DNA from: Dimorphilus gyrociliatus | Taxonomy: Eukaryota > Animalia > Annelida | DNA length: 64,000 nt | Assembly (NCBI GenBank): GCA_904063045.1 | Contig: CAJFCJ010000005.1 | Coordinates: forward strand, 1,627,988 to 1,691,987 | Direction: 5' to 3' | Shown here: positions 1 to 13,400 of the stretch, in pieces | How the letters are laid out: each line of letters opens with the position of its first letter | How positions within the stretch are numbered: the stretch's first letter is position 1 | Translations under genes and position numbers: made by a program | Notes under the pieces: model-generated | Seen by the model: only the letters and a program-made list of their open reading frames with translations | Database searches by the model: none | What the model was told of the DNA's origin: nothing

Positions 1-173
1 CCTTATGAATGGGCGACATTATAGGATTTTTAAAGTTGTGGACATTGGAATTTCAACGAACGATTTTCATTTATCAAACAAAAGTTTGAAGAATCTGAAT
101 GAAATTTATAAGATTCAAAAAAATTCGGCGTTGCGATTCAACAATTCGAATATTTATCAATTGCTAGACTCAA

Positions 174-3100
174 ATGCCTTCTTTGAGCGATAAAATAGAA
201 TCTTGCCTTTACCGTTTGTAACAAATTCAATCAAGTATTTTACAATTTGCTATATTTAACTATTTTCTAACTATAAGAGATTCAAAGGTACTTGAAAGCC
301 GCTTGGCCGCTCTGGTACAAAATTCTAACAAGTCAATCGCACGAATATCGTTTAATAAAAGCTTTATTAGGGTTTCCTTTTGGAATATGTCTGGCAACTG
401 GTACATATATATATATATATATTTTAATAGTATATCTTCAAAATACAACTTTTACAATAATTACTTGTTTTTTGTTGTTCTTATAGCACTTCATTTTTTG
501 ATTTTTGTACAATTTAAATTACCTATTGGTTTATCGTTAGCAATTAGTTTTATCTACTTTAGTTTTTTCTCTATCGGTTTCGCTTGTTCAACCAAAGTGA
601 GATAAATGACATTACTACTATATTATACATAGTCTATTTCCCTTTATGTTTTATAAAAGTTGAGATGTACAATTTTTCTACATTTTCCATTATTGGCTGG
701 AAAGCATGGTCGAGCTTTTTTATTGGGTCTTGTTATGGCTGACATTTTAACAGCTCCAGTGGCTAATATTATGAAAAATACGGAACAGCAAATTGAATCT
801 GTAAGATGTAATACAAATTTCATGAAAAATGTTACATCAGCAAAATTAGAGCATAAATTTTGGCCATTAAAGAAAGTTCTATCTAACATGGCTGTAAGTT
901 TTATAACTAAAAATTAGAATTGAAAGAAATTCCAAACTATTTATCAGGAAGGTGTTGAATATCTAAAGAAATTTGGGAAATTTGCGTTGAGTACTATTAA
1001 AGATATTATCGTTGCTGTACGGTATTCTTTATGAAAATACTTTAAAAACCAATATTTAAGTCTATAGACAATTTAGGTTGATTTAGGCAGTAGTGGAGAA
1101 ACAAAACGAGAACCGCCCTCTTTAGAGGATATACAGAATAAAATTGGTAAAGATGGGGAAAATGTTGAAAAATATCTTAAAGAGAAGTCAAACAAATTCT
1201 GCGATGGTTGCATAAATTATCTTTGATATGATTTGTTTTTACGATACTTGTTCATTTTTAATAGATTTAAAGAAACAAAGAGACTTGGCATGTGAAACAA
1301 TGTTTACTATGCTTCAGAAAGAATGCTTTCAATTTGGTCCACTGAAAATGGGATTTATGAGTCCCATCAGTCAGGTGTTATGTAATAATATCAAAAGTAG
1401 CAGAGTATCTTGCCCAAATGGTAAACATAATATTTATAAAGTACCCAATACTATTAGCTCAATTTTAACAAAGGTATAAAGCCGTGCGGTTTAGAGAAAA
1501 GAACTCCAAACGGTTTGGGTACAACAACAAAGGGATACATGTTCTATTTGGGACGCCTTTCGAAAGACTCAATTGTTAATGTTCTATATATATTAAAACA
1601 TCCCAAGAAACTGTTTTATATAACTGGAAAATCTTTTTCTTTTATTAAAGATGTTATTGAGAGATTTATTCAAATTGTTGATATTTTAATAGGATTAGCG
1701 AATTTTATCTCTGCTATTCTATTTTTTCGAGTGGCCTATGGGTATAATAAAAATATATAGCTTATAAAAGCTCTTATAATAACAATAAAAACTATTTAGG
1801 GCTAGAACCTATCAAAAAAGCTATCTAGAAGAAGATAAATTTGATAATATTTATATAACATCTTACTTTAAAGTTATAGACGCCAGAAGATGGTTGCAAG
1901 TATATCTACAAACTCTTTTTTTGAAAGATACATTAGACAGAATGTATCAAAAATGACTATAATATTTCAGAAACGTCCAAAGCTTCTTCCATTGAAGAAG
2001 GAAGAGAGGAAAGACTTTAAAGAGTTGTTTAGCTTAAAGTTATCAAAACAAGAAAAGAATCGGATGGTAATTCGTATTTAATGTAAATTTATTTATACAA
2101 TTCATAGGATTAAGATTAAATATTTCATAGATAATGGGTTGCGCAAGTCGAATTCCGATATTTTTATTGATTGGTTGTTTAGCTTATATAGATTTTGTAC
2201 TTTTCACGGTTTCAAACGAAGTATATAAGTCTGGATCAGTAACCTTCACGTCGGAAGGTTTTCATATAATTCATACAAAAGTTGAAGGAAAGGGTTTTAT
2301 GGCCGAAATGATGAATAAAATATTTAAACTATTCTCTGGCTATCATAAAATAGACGACATTTTTTCAACATCGTGTAACATTTTTTTCATTTATCTTATT
2401 AAAATCCTATGTTTTATTTATTACTTTTGTTGTAGCTTGCCTCTTTAAACCTACTCCTCCTAATTATCAACAATACAAATCATGCATTTATAAAGTTGGT
2501 ATTGTTGTTTATTTATTTATTATAATCTTATAAAACTTTTATTAATAAAAAACTTGAATAGTTAATTATTATTATCCTACTGCATATGATTGACGCGTAT
2601 ATGCTAAGGTTTAAAAGGCTGATTTGCTCTTTCTTTCATCCAAAGGTTTAGAATTTTTCATTAATAACAAATCAAATATTTAAAAAATAATCTTAAAAAT
2701 TCTGTTAGAGAGAGAAAAAGAGGATTATTTGGCTTTATAATTATATTTTAAGAAAACGAGTTAAATGGCTAATTAAACAACGTCACTATATAGCGAAGAG
2801 GGGTATGGACTTCCAGCTAAAAGTAATAAAAACTATCTTTTTTATGAAGAGTTTTAATACTTAACGAAAACTCCATAATTATTATAATATCTAGGAGGAA
2901 AATCCCCTTATTAAATTTGTTCAAAATGAAGTTTTTTGTTTCAAACCCGTTGGTAATCGATGTATTGTTTGCGGGTAAGTGTAGTAATAAATTAGCGTAT
3001 TATTTATTTTGTATCTTTATATCTATCTAATGGGTGCGCTTTGATAGAAAAAGAAAGAAATGTGCTACAGCGAAATGTCCGTACAAAGGATGTATTGCCT

Positions 3101-3256
3101 CCTACTGTGATGAATGTTGGATAGATATTAGGGTACGAAATATTTAGCATGCTTTTTATAACGTGACTAATCCGTGTCTTTGTCATTTAGAAAAAATGTT
3201 ATATTTGTACAAGGTGGGATATAAGCGGTGAGGCGAGTGACTCTGGAACGAATTGA
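174..3256 (+). CDS. DCST1: DC-STAMP domain protein 1-like (sneaky/SPE-49 family sperm-egg fusion factor), multi-exon
   Basis: Spliced exons give KALLGFPFGICLATA...RCTIFLHFPLLAGKHGRAFLLGLVMADILTAPVANIMKN (family motif G-K/R-x-G-R...PVAN) and a C-terminal RING-like finger CIVCG..CPYKGCIASYCDECWIDIRKKCYIC, stop at 3254-3256. The start at ATG 174 with intron 218-287 is my reconstruction and is less certain. Confidence 0.85.
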
Positions 3257-3771
3257 AACAAAATAATAGATTCTTTTTGTGTTACGTAATAAAATGATTT
3301 TAATGCTGCATATGACGAATATATGTATATTTTTTATTCTTGCTCACATTATCATTATGGTGATAATACGACATATACATATGCGACATAAAAGTGTCTA
3401 TTTCTCATTATGCTGGCCCCCGTATATTACTATTAAAGTATACAGGAGTAGACAATTAATTTGAAAGTTTACAGATGATCGATGTTGCTATAAATGTCAT
3501 ATGCTACAGATACAATATATAATGTATATTTAAGAAAGTACAGTATTAATGTATATATTACTTTTTTTGTTATCTATGAGTAGACTTTCATAATATATCT
3601 AAAGAAGTTGAATGAAGATAGATGTATAAGTAAATTTATAAATTTTACACGCAATTATCTCTCTGGTGTCAAAACCCCATATTAAAGGCAATAAGACTAC
3701 ACAAATTATAGAGGCCATTATAATTATAGTTGGAAAATGTTTTCCAATTTCTTTTCAAGCACATTATTCAT

Positions 3772-6100
3772 CTAATCTTTACCTCCAAATAGAGAAAGGA
3801 TGAGGAGGAAAATATAAACTACATCTAAATAAATTTGGAGGGAAGCGTAAACGTATTCCTCCTCAGACAATTCATATTTACGGCCTCCCATTAACATCTG
3901 GGTATCGTATGCCAGGAACTACAATAATACAAATAATAGAATTATTGTTAATTTATTATTGATTATTCTCTTAATTTATCTTACCATAGTAAAGATTAGT
4001 GTTCCAAGACTTCCGTAAACCAGTTGTAAAATCTAAATGAAAATAAGAAGGATAAGTACTTTCCGTTATTTAAACTTTTATTAATCTTACCCAGCGAGTT
4101 TTATTGTCAACTCCTACAGCATAGACTATCATTACTCCAAATCCGAATAGAAGAAACACAAGCAGCAATGAGAATAACATCGAGCTGCATACTGTTATAT
4201 CAAACTGAGAGGGGAAAACATAACGTTTAAAATAAACTTAAAAATCAAAAAGTTTATTAGGCAACGAACCTTCGTTTGCATGGCAAAGATTGTTACAGCC
4301 AAGCAAACTACTGCGGCTATACCAAATGCAAACAATACAGCTTCGGCCTTATAGAAACTGGAAATAATTACAAAATATCAAGCAAATTAAAGAATATATA
4401 TAGTATATAATTTTTGAAATATTTACCTGGATATCATTGCTGCCATATATGAAAATGCTAAAGTCTATTGGTATGAAAGTGTTTTATGTCAAAACAGAGA
4501 AAAAAATGTATGTATTTGAACTTACAAATATCCCCAGCGTAATAAAGTTAGTAGGATACGATCTTCTTACTTTTGGACAACAGATCAGTGTTATATAGGT
4601 CACAAGGAAAACGCCACTGAATAAATGAATGAAATATTTAGCACATATCAAAAATAAAATATTAAAAATAACTTACTAAGAGACGAAATATACAGCACGA
4701 TGTTCTTTAACCCATAGACGAGTTGGGGTGCTAAAAATTTATTAAGAAAATTGAATAATTTATAAAAATTTATTATAAAATAGTTACTGTAAAACAAAGA
4801 AAGCCACAAAGGCGGCGGTAACTGAAAGTTGAGTGAAGAGAATCAAGTATACTTTTCTAATAAAACTTCTTCTGATGTTTTTATCGGAGAAAGAGTTTCC
4901 TGTGAACCTAGTTTCGGTTCCAGCATTATTTTCATCTTTCCACCCTTCCCCTGTTCCTGGACCTAAAAAAAGAAATAAGTTATATTAATTAAAGAGTTGT
5001 ATTCATACATATTCATGATGTAATTTCAAAGTAGCAATAAAATACTTTAATTAAATGAGAGTCATTCCGAAAAATTCATTTAAATATCTAAGAATCATGG
5101 TTTTTTGTATAATGTCAATAAATGAGGCGTATTAGCTGTCATTGAGGAATGCTTACTATAAAATTATATTAATTGACATTCGAAAGACATATTCAAAAAC
5201 GAAAATACAAGTGAAAGGATATGAAACGTATTACTTAGACATTACTTCCTAAATTAATAGGACAAAGATAAGCGATAAGAATATGAAAAAGAGACAAATA
5301 ATATTTATATTCAAACTCCCAATAATATTAACAAAGCCTGTCGGTTGAAATCAAGTCAGACTATTAACCTGTTTGATTTTCATTAGGATAATTCTCTTCC
5401 CAAGCTGGATAGGAAAAAATTGGTAATAACATGTATGAAGGGGAAAGAAAACAATGCGTTTTAAGGCGTCTAGGAAATTTAATAAGATAGTAGTTTTTTT
5501 AATATACAAAATCGAAATTAAGATCTGATAGCTTCTCACCTGCACTGGTTAATCGAACAGTATCTGCAGACGAGAGAATAAGGCTTAAATACTTAAAAAA
5601 AGTCACACACATTAATAAAATAGAGTACAGAAAACACTCTAAGAAGCATAAAGAATATACTGATATTGTTTAAAATAATATAAAGTTGAGTTTAAGAGAA
5701 AAAGTCGTTTCAAGTAAAAAGATAACCCACAAAATTTAGATTACTGATCAGGGTTCGTGCAATAACACCATACCTTGAGGAACTCTATTCGAATCAGGTT
5801 CTGTGTGAACATGGGCGAGAGTTTGTTCACAATTAATTATATTTAATATAATCATATGTATACTGTATATATATATATGTTTAATAAATGATACTAATAA
5901 TTTATTCAACCGTTTTCAATTGAATATTTTTTGTGTTTTCGCCCATTTATGATGGTTTTATGCGCTTCTTAGTACAACCATTATTATTTACCTGCACTGT
6001 AAGGCGGGGGATCAACATTACCGCCCTGTGGAGGGTAAACCGGTTGAGGTGGTGCATTACCAGCTCCATAATTTGTTTGATAATTTGAGTTGTACGCCAT
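3772..6100 (-). CDS. LFG: Protein lifeguard / TMBIM (Bax inhibitor-1 family; FAIM2/GRINA/TMBIM1 group)
   Basis: Pro/Gly/Tyr-rich N-terminus (MAYNSNYQ...DPPPYSA), then FSDKNIRRSFIRKVYLIL, CCPKVRRSYPTN, TIFAMQTK-FDIT and AYDTQMLMGGRKYELSEEEYVYASLQIYLDVVYIFLLIL; GT-AG introns throughout. Confidence 0.9.
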
Positions 6101-6464
6101 TGTTGTCCTGTTTTAAAACAATTCAATTCTAAGAAATGGTTCGATATGGTTTTCAATAGCAGGAAACACGAAATCAACTACAATCTTGATAAGCAACAAT
6201 TTTAAATTAAAAATTAGCTGTTTCTTAGTTGTATTATTTATCCTTCAAAATATAATGTCAAAATAAACTAAAATCTAGTACAGTACTAGTTTCAGGGTGG
6301 TTAAATCCTGGAATGGACTAAGAATAATGTGCTCACGTGATATTATTTTTCACGATCGCTTATTGGATGCCTTCACAGGAAATATCGCATTTCAGTACTG
6401 CCATCTTGTGACGTATTTTAATAGGGAAGTAATAGTTATTGCTAAATGGGAGGGAAATATTTAT

Positions 6465-9400
6465 TCATTTTTTGAAAACCGGTATGGTTAGAAAGTCTCG
6501 TGCAATTAGAGCATTTATAGAACAATCTTTTAGTTCTTTTTGAGCTTCATCCAATAAAACCTTAACGCTTACTTCTCCTTCCTGTTAAAGAAAGAATAAA
6601 TTTTGCAATTCTCACAAAATAATTCATTGATAGTTGTTTTAAAAATAAATAAACTTAAATAATCTTACTTCTGCGGCTTCTATTGTTTTGTAACGTTGAC
6701 TAAAATGAGTGAGAACAAGATTTTTTACTTGACATTCTTTAGCGAAATCAGCTGCCATTTTTGGAGTCGAGTGCCCTTTTTCAATAGCATTCTCCTTCAT
6801 ACTATTCTCTAAAGTTGATTCGTGAACTAGATAATCCGAACCAAAGCATAGGTGTTTCATTTTATAACTACCACACGAATCCCCCATAATTGACACCTTC
6901 CGCCCAGGTTGTTCAGGACTAATTACGTCAGAAGGATTAATCTATTACAATAGTTATAAGAATGACAAGTTTCGTAAGAGACGTTTTAATATGAACTTAA
7001 CCACTGTATTATCAGGACAGACTATAGGCTTTCCCTGTTTCAAGTGCCCGTACAATGGTCCTGGCTTTATTCCCTTTTCTTTTAAATATTCAACATTCAA
7101 TCTGAAAGAAGGTCATTAACACCTTTAAAATATTTATTCCGTTTTACATGTTCCAAATTCACATACTTTCCTGGTAGGGGTTTCTCATCTATTACGTAAC
7201 CAAACGAGGGAATTCGATGTTCCAATGGTCCAGCTTTGATAATTAAATTTTCCGTTTCGCAACTAAATTAAGAATAAAAAAAAAAATTTTTCAATGTTTT
7301 TGTTTTGTTGAAATTTTAACCCTATTTACATATGCCAAATTCCGTCGCTATCCGCCGAAATTTGTCGGCCATTGTTAACTTCGTTGGGATGTAGTGGAGA
7401 ATCTGATCTCTCAAAGAAATCGACATTCCATACCTTGAATATTAAAACACAACTATTAAACGATTCAATTAGCAGTTTAAATAGGACTATACACAATATT
7501 ACAATATTTAAAAGAATTCGACGATCAATTGTTGTTATTGAACGAGAAGCAGTAGACTATTGATTTTCAGAGAGAACCTACCATACCGTATTAGTTCTAC
7601 GAATATATATATATTTACAGATATGTCATCCAGATATGCATCTCTCTCTGGTAATAATTCAACTAGTCCGGGGCTAGATCAGAATAAGAGGAGATCCGAT
7701 TCAATCAGATCTAGCGTAGTCTTCGATAACTCAGGGTTCGATAGCATTTGCGAAGATTCTTCAAGATCAAATGAAAATGATACGGTTTTGCAAGGTTGGA
7801 TAAGATTTCGAGAAGATGTAAGAACCAAAATGGAAGCAGCTAAATACGAAATAGACGAAAGAAGGAGAATAGTCGAATCTTCGATTATTGACTATTCAAA
7901 TATGCTTCATAAAAGAGTAGATGAGTTCGGAAATGACTGTATAAAGGTATACCATTTTTCTGATTTATACTTAAATATTTCCAAGTTAGAGAGACTGTTT
8001 CATTCTCTTTAGAAAGCTGACAACATTATTAGAACCCTGGAATATTCGTCTGACGGTAAGGATAAAATTGTTCCAAGCATACCGCCTGCACCCAACACTG
8101 TACCCATTAAATTTGAAACACCTGGAGATTTTCATGGACGATTAAAGAATGCATTTGGCGATTTAACAAACTCTGTTCCTAAAATTCGAAAGAGGTTGAT
8201 AGCTGAGAGTGAAGAAGTGGCATCGATGGATGCTTATGTCTCTACTAAAGACAGTAAACAGTGCGCAATTTCCGATGTTGCATCGTCCAGAGATGCCATA
8301 GCAACAACCGATCGTAATAATAAGACAGTAAAAATTTTCTCCAAAGGTGGACGACTATTGTCCATATTAAACCAAAAAATAATACGACTACCTGAGTATG
8401 TTACTGCTATAACAATAGAAGAGCAAAGCTATTTTTTCGTGACAGATACGGGTAACTGTAAAATACGAATATTCGATACGGAAAATTTTATGCATGTAGG
8501 AGATTTTGCAACTCAAATTGAAAAACCCGGATCCTGTTGCTTTTCGAAATGGAATGAGCGAGTTTTAGTACTTGATTTATCTTTTAAAACAATTAATTGT
8601 TTTTCATTTACTGGCCAACGAGAATATTCCGTTCCATCTCATCTAAATGATCCCGCTTATATTAATTGTTCCTTAAATGGAATAGTAGTTATATCGGATT
8701 GGAAAAATAACAAATTACATATGTATAATAGAAAATTGTCAATAGTTAAAACCTTTGATAATAAAGGTATACATCCTGGACAATTGGATAGACCTTTTGG
8801 AGTCATTTTCGACAAGTATGATAACTTACTAGTTGCTGATAAAAACAATAAAAGAATACAGGCTTTCGACGAAGAAGGTGAATTAAGAAAGATTATTATT
8901 AAATTTAAAAAACTGGATCAACCAAGATTAGTTATGGCTATTACTTTAAACTCGGACGACGACTTGATTACGGCTGATCATCAAGGGAAGATTATGACAT
9001 TTAGATACTTGACTAATTCCATGGAATTTTGTGGATCGCGGGAAGAATCTGATGAGTTTGAATCACCATTAACTGCAAGGAGCCCCAGATTTGGGAATTA
9101 TGAAGCCCTAAAAGATGCCGATAGTGCTAGTTTATTGTAGACAAAGCTTTTCCTCTCACAATGTTTTGTTTGTTGTTCGCTTGTTTATGTTTGTAAAATA
9201 AATATTAAATATTTACCTTTTTTTGCCAAGAATCTGGAATTAATTCATGTACAACAAAATCAAATCCTAGTTGACTTTGTGAAAGACTCAATGAGATTCT
9301 TAACATTGCCCTTAATCCAACGGGTCCATAAATTTCAACAACACGTTTTATCTCATTTTCTGTTTGTGATTTTTTGTCGTGTTGACTCATAGTTGAAAGG

Positions 9401-9670
9401 AAACCGGACAAACCATAGCAATGATCACCATGCAAATGAGTTATGAAAATTTTGGATATTCTACCGGGTTTTACTGTACTTTTCATGCATTGTATTTGGG
9501 AGCCTTCTCCGCAATCGATCATGAAATGAGATCCATCTGGGGTTTTTTCTGATTAAAGTCAAAAAGAGTATTTCTATACGTTAAATACCTGAGTGCCTAA
9601 AAATGATGCAAGAACATCCTCTTGTCGGCATTGGGTAAGCAGAAGAAGTACCCAAAAATATAATTTCCAT
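6465..9670 (-). CDS. ELAC1: Zinc phosphodiesterase ELAC1 / short-form RNase Z
   Basis: MEIIFLGTSSAYPMPTRGCS, DCGEG, HLHGDH metallo-beta-lactamase motif, LEHRIPSFGY, GDS, HESTL, GHST, LTHFSQRY. One intron (about 7434-9216) is about 1.8 kb. Confidence 0.92.
7623..9140 (+). CDS. NHL-repeat beta-propeller protein with N-terminal coiled coil (TRIM-NHL-like, no RING/B-box seen); nested antisense in an ELAC1 intron
   Basis: ORFs 7560-8012 and 8196-9140 join through a short intron (about 7948-8012). NHL repeats: FVTDTGNCKIRIFD, VISDWKNNKLHMY, GQLDRPFGVIFDKYDNLLVADKNNKRIQAFD. Confidence 0.85.
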
Positions 9671-9997
9671 AACTCTGATAGTTTCTAGATATCATGCAAT
9701 AACAGTTTTTCGTCTGCTAAACCAACTTAGACTGGAGATGGCGTTGTGTCCTATGAACAAAAATAAGACATTTCGCGGCAAAGAGGTAATTGATTGCGTA
9801 ATAATGGGTGTTATAGATTCTAGCACCTCTTCCAATCGTATGAGATGTCAGGGTTGTCTGAGGGTTTTTGCAACAAATCGACGGGACTCCATTGAATAAA
9901 AATGAAAAGTTTTTCAAGAAGACCCTGCTAACGATCGTCTGGATGGATTATTTAAAAGGAATGTTCGGATTGATCGTTTATCAGTCGAACTTTAGCT

Positions 9998-10321
9998 ATG
10001 TATCAAGAATTCGACTTTAAAACAACTATGGGTTTAGATGATTTATGGATTCAAAACATGCGAAAATTAGAGGCAGGAGAGCTATTGAAAATGTTCTTTC
10101 TACTTCGAACTGAACACGAACAACTGGTAAGAGTTGAAAAGGATATGGAAAGTCGAGTTAGAGCTCATACTGTATCATCGTTAACGGCGGGCAAATCTTA
10201 CGGCGAATTGGTTCCAACTCAACTATATTGCGATTACGGGGAAGTTTTAAAAGAACGCGAAATATTGGAGGAAGCTCTCAAGTGTTGCGGAGAGGAGATG
10301 TCTACCAGATCCTACATCTAA
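9998..10321 (+). CDS. Uncharacterised 107-aa, probably helical/coiled-coil protein (orphan), intronless
   Basis: Open ATG-to-TAA ORF, visibly more GC-rich than its flanks, amphipathic heptad-like sequence; lies divergent to ELAC1. No family recognised. Confidence 0.55.
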   Translation: MYQEFDFKTTMGLDDLWIQNMRKLEAGELLKMFFLLRTEHEQLVRVEKDMESRVRAHTVSSLTAGKSYGELVPTQLYCDYGEVLKEREILEEALKCCGEEMSTRSYI

Positions 10322-10407
10322 CTATGGCAACGACGAATGGATGGAATTTACACTAATAGATATAGATATCTTTATATTTGAAAAAAGTTTTAGCTTTTCT
10401 CTTTTTA

Positions 10408-13400
10408 TTACTTTGGATGTACAACGTTTCGATGTTTGCTAAACATCGACTGCAAAGAATAGAACTTTCCAGTTGATATTTTTTTACGTTTAGCTATAGA
10501 ATTTGTAGTTTGTTCAATTGGAGAATACATTGGATGTTCACTCGAAAATGATGAAGTTATTTCGTCTTTTACAATCATTCGTAATTTTTGTAATCGTTGA
10601 AGTAGTAAACTATGAAATTTCACTGATGTATCTTGCATCTTCTTCTCTTTATACTCGTAATAAGTTTGCAGGAATATTTTCAGAATTAACCAAAGTAAAG
10701 GCGTACAAAGAACAACTAAAGTTAAGAGTAAAAGAGGTCTAAGGTAATAGAATTCTATTAGATAATCGTAATAACCATTTTCTAAGGAAAACAATAATAA
10801 TATGTTAAACTTGCATTTTCTCATTCATCTTTTAATATCAAAAATACCGTTTGTTGTTGTGTATCTTGTACATGGATTCTTTATCCAGGCATTCCTGAGA
10901 TGCATTATCCTACCAGCTATTCCCATGTCGTTCAAATGTTCCCTAAATTGTTCGATAAACGGAAAATCTCTTCGAAACAACCAACCGAGTTTAACTTGGA
11001 CTATAAGATCTCTCATTACTTGAATTTTACACGATCTAAGACTAATTTCTAATTTTAGCTGCTCAACATCACCAATGATAGCTATACTGCTGCCTTTATT
11101 ATTTCCTCCCATCTCAATCATCAAGTTAAAAGCTTCAGTTAGGTTTGAATAAACAATTGATCCTAATCTCTCTATTTTTTTATAAATTCTCCAACTCGTT
11201 GATCCTTTTGAACTATTACGTAATATCTCTTTAAGTGTAGTAGTATTTTCGATAGCAAAAATTACATTATCATCTTCTATAATATCGTCCAAACTACGAA
11301 TAAACACTAAGAAATTGAATAAAACTATTAGACTATTTGCCCAAGATAGAACTAATAATCTTTGCCTTTGTTATTTAACGCTCTTGAAGATGATAGATAA
11401 CATATTAAATTTTGAAAATAAAGAAACATTAATAACCAACTGAACAACCACCAACTTAAATAACTTAATTTTAACGTTTTTGAACGCGACATAACATTTA
11501 GATGCTAATTAAGGAAAAGAGATTAAAGAGTTAATTGATATAAAGCCTTGATTCATACTTACTCTACCAAAAACTGAAGAAATTACAAAGTACCAATGAT
11601 TATGAAATTGTAATCTGTGATCAGTATATAATTTAAAGTTTGGTATCTTATTCCAATCTAAATATTGAATTGCGGAAAAGAGAATTATTGATATAAACAT
11701 ACAGAGAATTATAGTAAGCCATAGTGAATTTGTAAATGGTAACAATAGACTGTAGTTTTTATGAATATTTAAATATATAAATGATTTTATAATTTATGCA
11801 TTTTTTTAATTAATTTGTATTACAATGGAGTTTTTATATCTATTGTTTCTTTCAAAACTGCTATTTGTATATCATGAAAGGAAGTTTCAATAAATTCCAT
11901 ATTAGGTCTCTTATATAGTCCATTAATCGTTAAATCTACTTCCTGTCAATATAATTTACTATACTTTTGTAATTGACATAATTGTCAATGAATTGTTTAG
12001 TTATACCTTATTGTATATGCCGGATAGTAACTCTTTTTGAGTGGGATAATTAACATACTTGACCTCAAATCTTAATTTTTCCCTTATCTTTAAAAGAAAG
12101 ATATTTAGTTTTCTCAGAGTAATATGCAAATTAGATAACTTCATTAAATATATCGAACATATAGCCTTCGCAAAAACTGTCTTCTTTATCAGAACAAGTA
12201 ATCTTTGGACGATTCAATAAGTCTTTCTAAGAAAAATAAGATTAAAATATTTTTGACCTAGATTCAAAAAATTATAATTTAGATTGCAGTATTGCTATTA
12301 CATTGCAGCATATTCCTAATTTTATTGTTATATTGAACAGATCATCATTAATGTCAAGGGGAATCGTTGAAACTCTTCCGGGGAATATTGTATTTCTGAA
12401 AATTTCTATTTGACCAGTTTCTATAAAAGGATATTGCCGATTCTCTTCCGGAAATATTCTCCAAATTCCAACCTAAATTAGAAGAAAGTCCTTTAAAGTG
12501 TTAATTTTTAAACCTTAAGCTTACTTCTACTTTCTTCTTCTTTTGAACATTTAAAAGTATATAATACTCCATATTTAGACAGTGTCTTGCTCTATGAAAT
12601 ATGAAAGACTGGTGTAGTAATCCGTCATCAACTCTGAGCTAATTTATACTTGGAAAGTGATTATTATAGAATTTCTTTTAATAAAAATATTAATACATTT
12701 AATATACTTTCAAGAAGATATAATCCATTTGCTGTTGCTCTTTTCGGAAATGAATTTGAACAGGCGTCTTCCATTTCTACAGTATGAAAGTTAACATTGA
12801 GATGCGAGAGAGAATGGATTAATGCTTCCGTGGCAACTTTCATTTGGTCGTACGCCATCATTTGATGATACTATGCAAGTACCAATTAAATAATTAAATA
12901 AGCAATATGATGTATTGCGGAATGATGGATACATACACAAACTTCAACAGCTCCATTTATACATATATTGAAATGTTGCAAATTTTTTCTCTCTAATAGC
13001 ATCCTTCTCTCCTTAAATAGATCGTCGTCCGACTTATCAATGCTACTTTTTTGAGGAACGCTAAAAGTAAAAAGACCAGTGAACCTAGTCCTTGGATCCA
13101 ACTTATCGTAATCCTTAAAAAGGGTTTAGCATCAATTACAAATTAGAAAGATAGAGAAAAAAATTGGTAGATTGACAAACTTTAGGATTTAATATTTTCA
13201 AATAGACCCAAACATAACCAGGAGTGAATAATCCTCTAAAATAGGCCTCTTCAAGTATAAAATTCAATCTATTGAGATTTGTATTGACTAATATGATTGC
13301 AGATTCTATTTTGAATTATAATAAAAAACTGTTAAAACATCAGAAACAAATGAAAAAAATACTTTCCAAATAGCTTTATCTGGGTGAAAATATTATCAAT

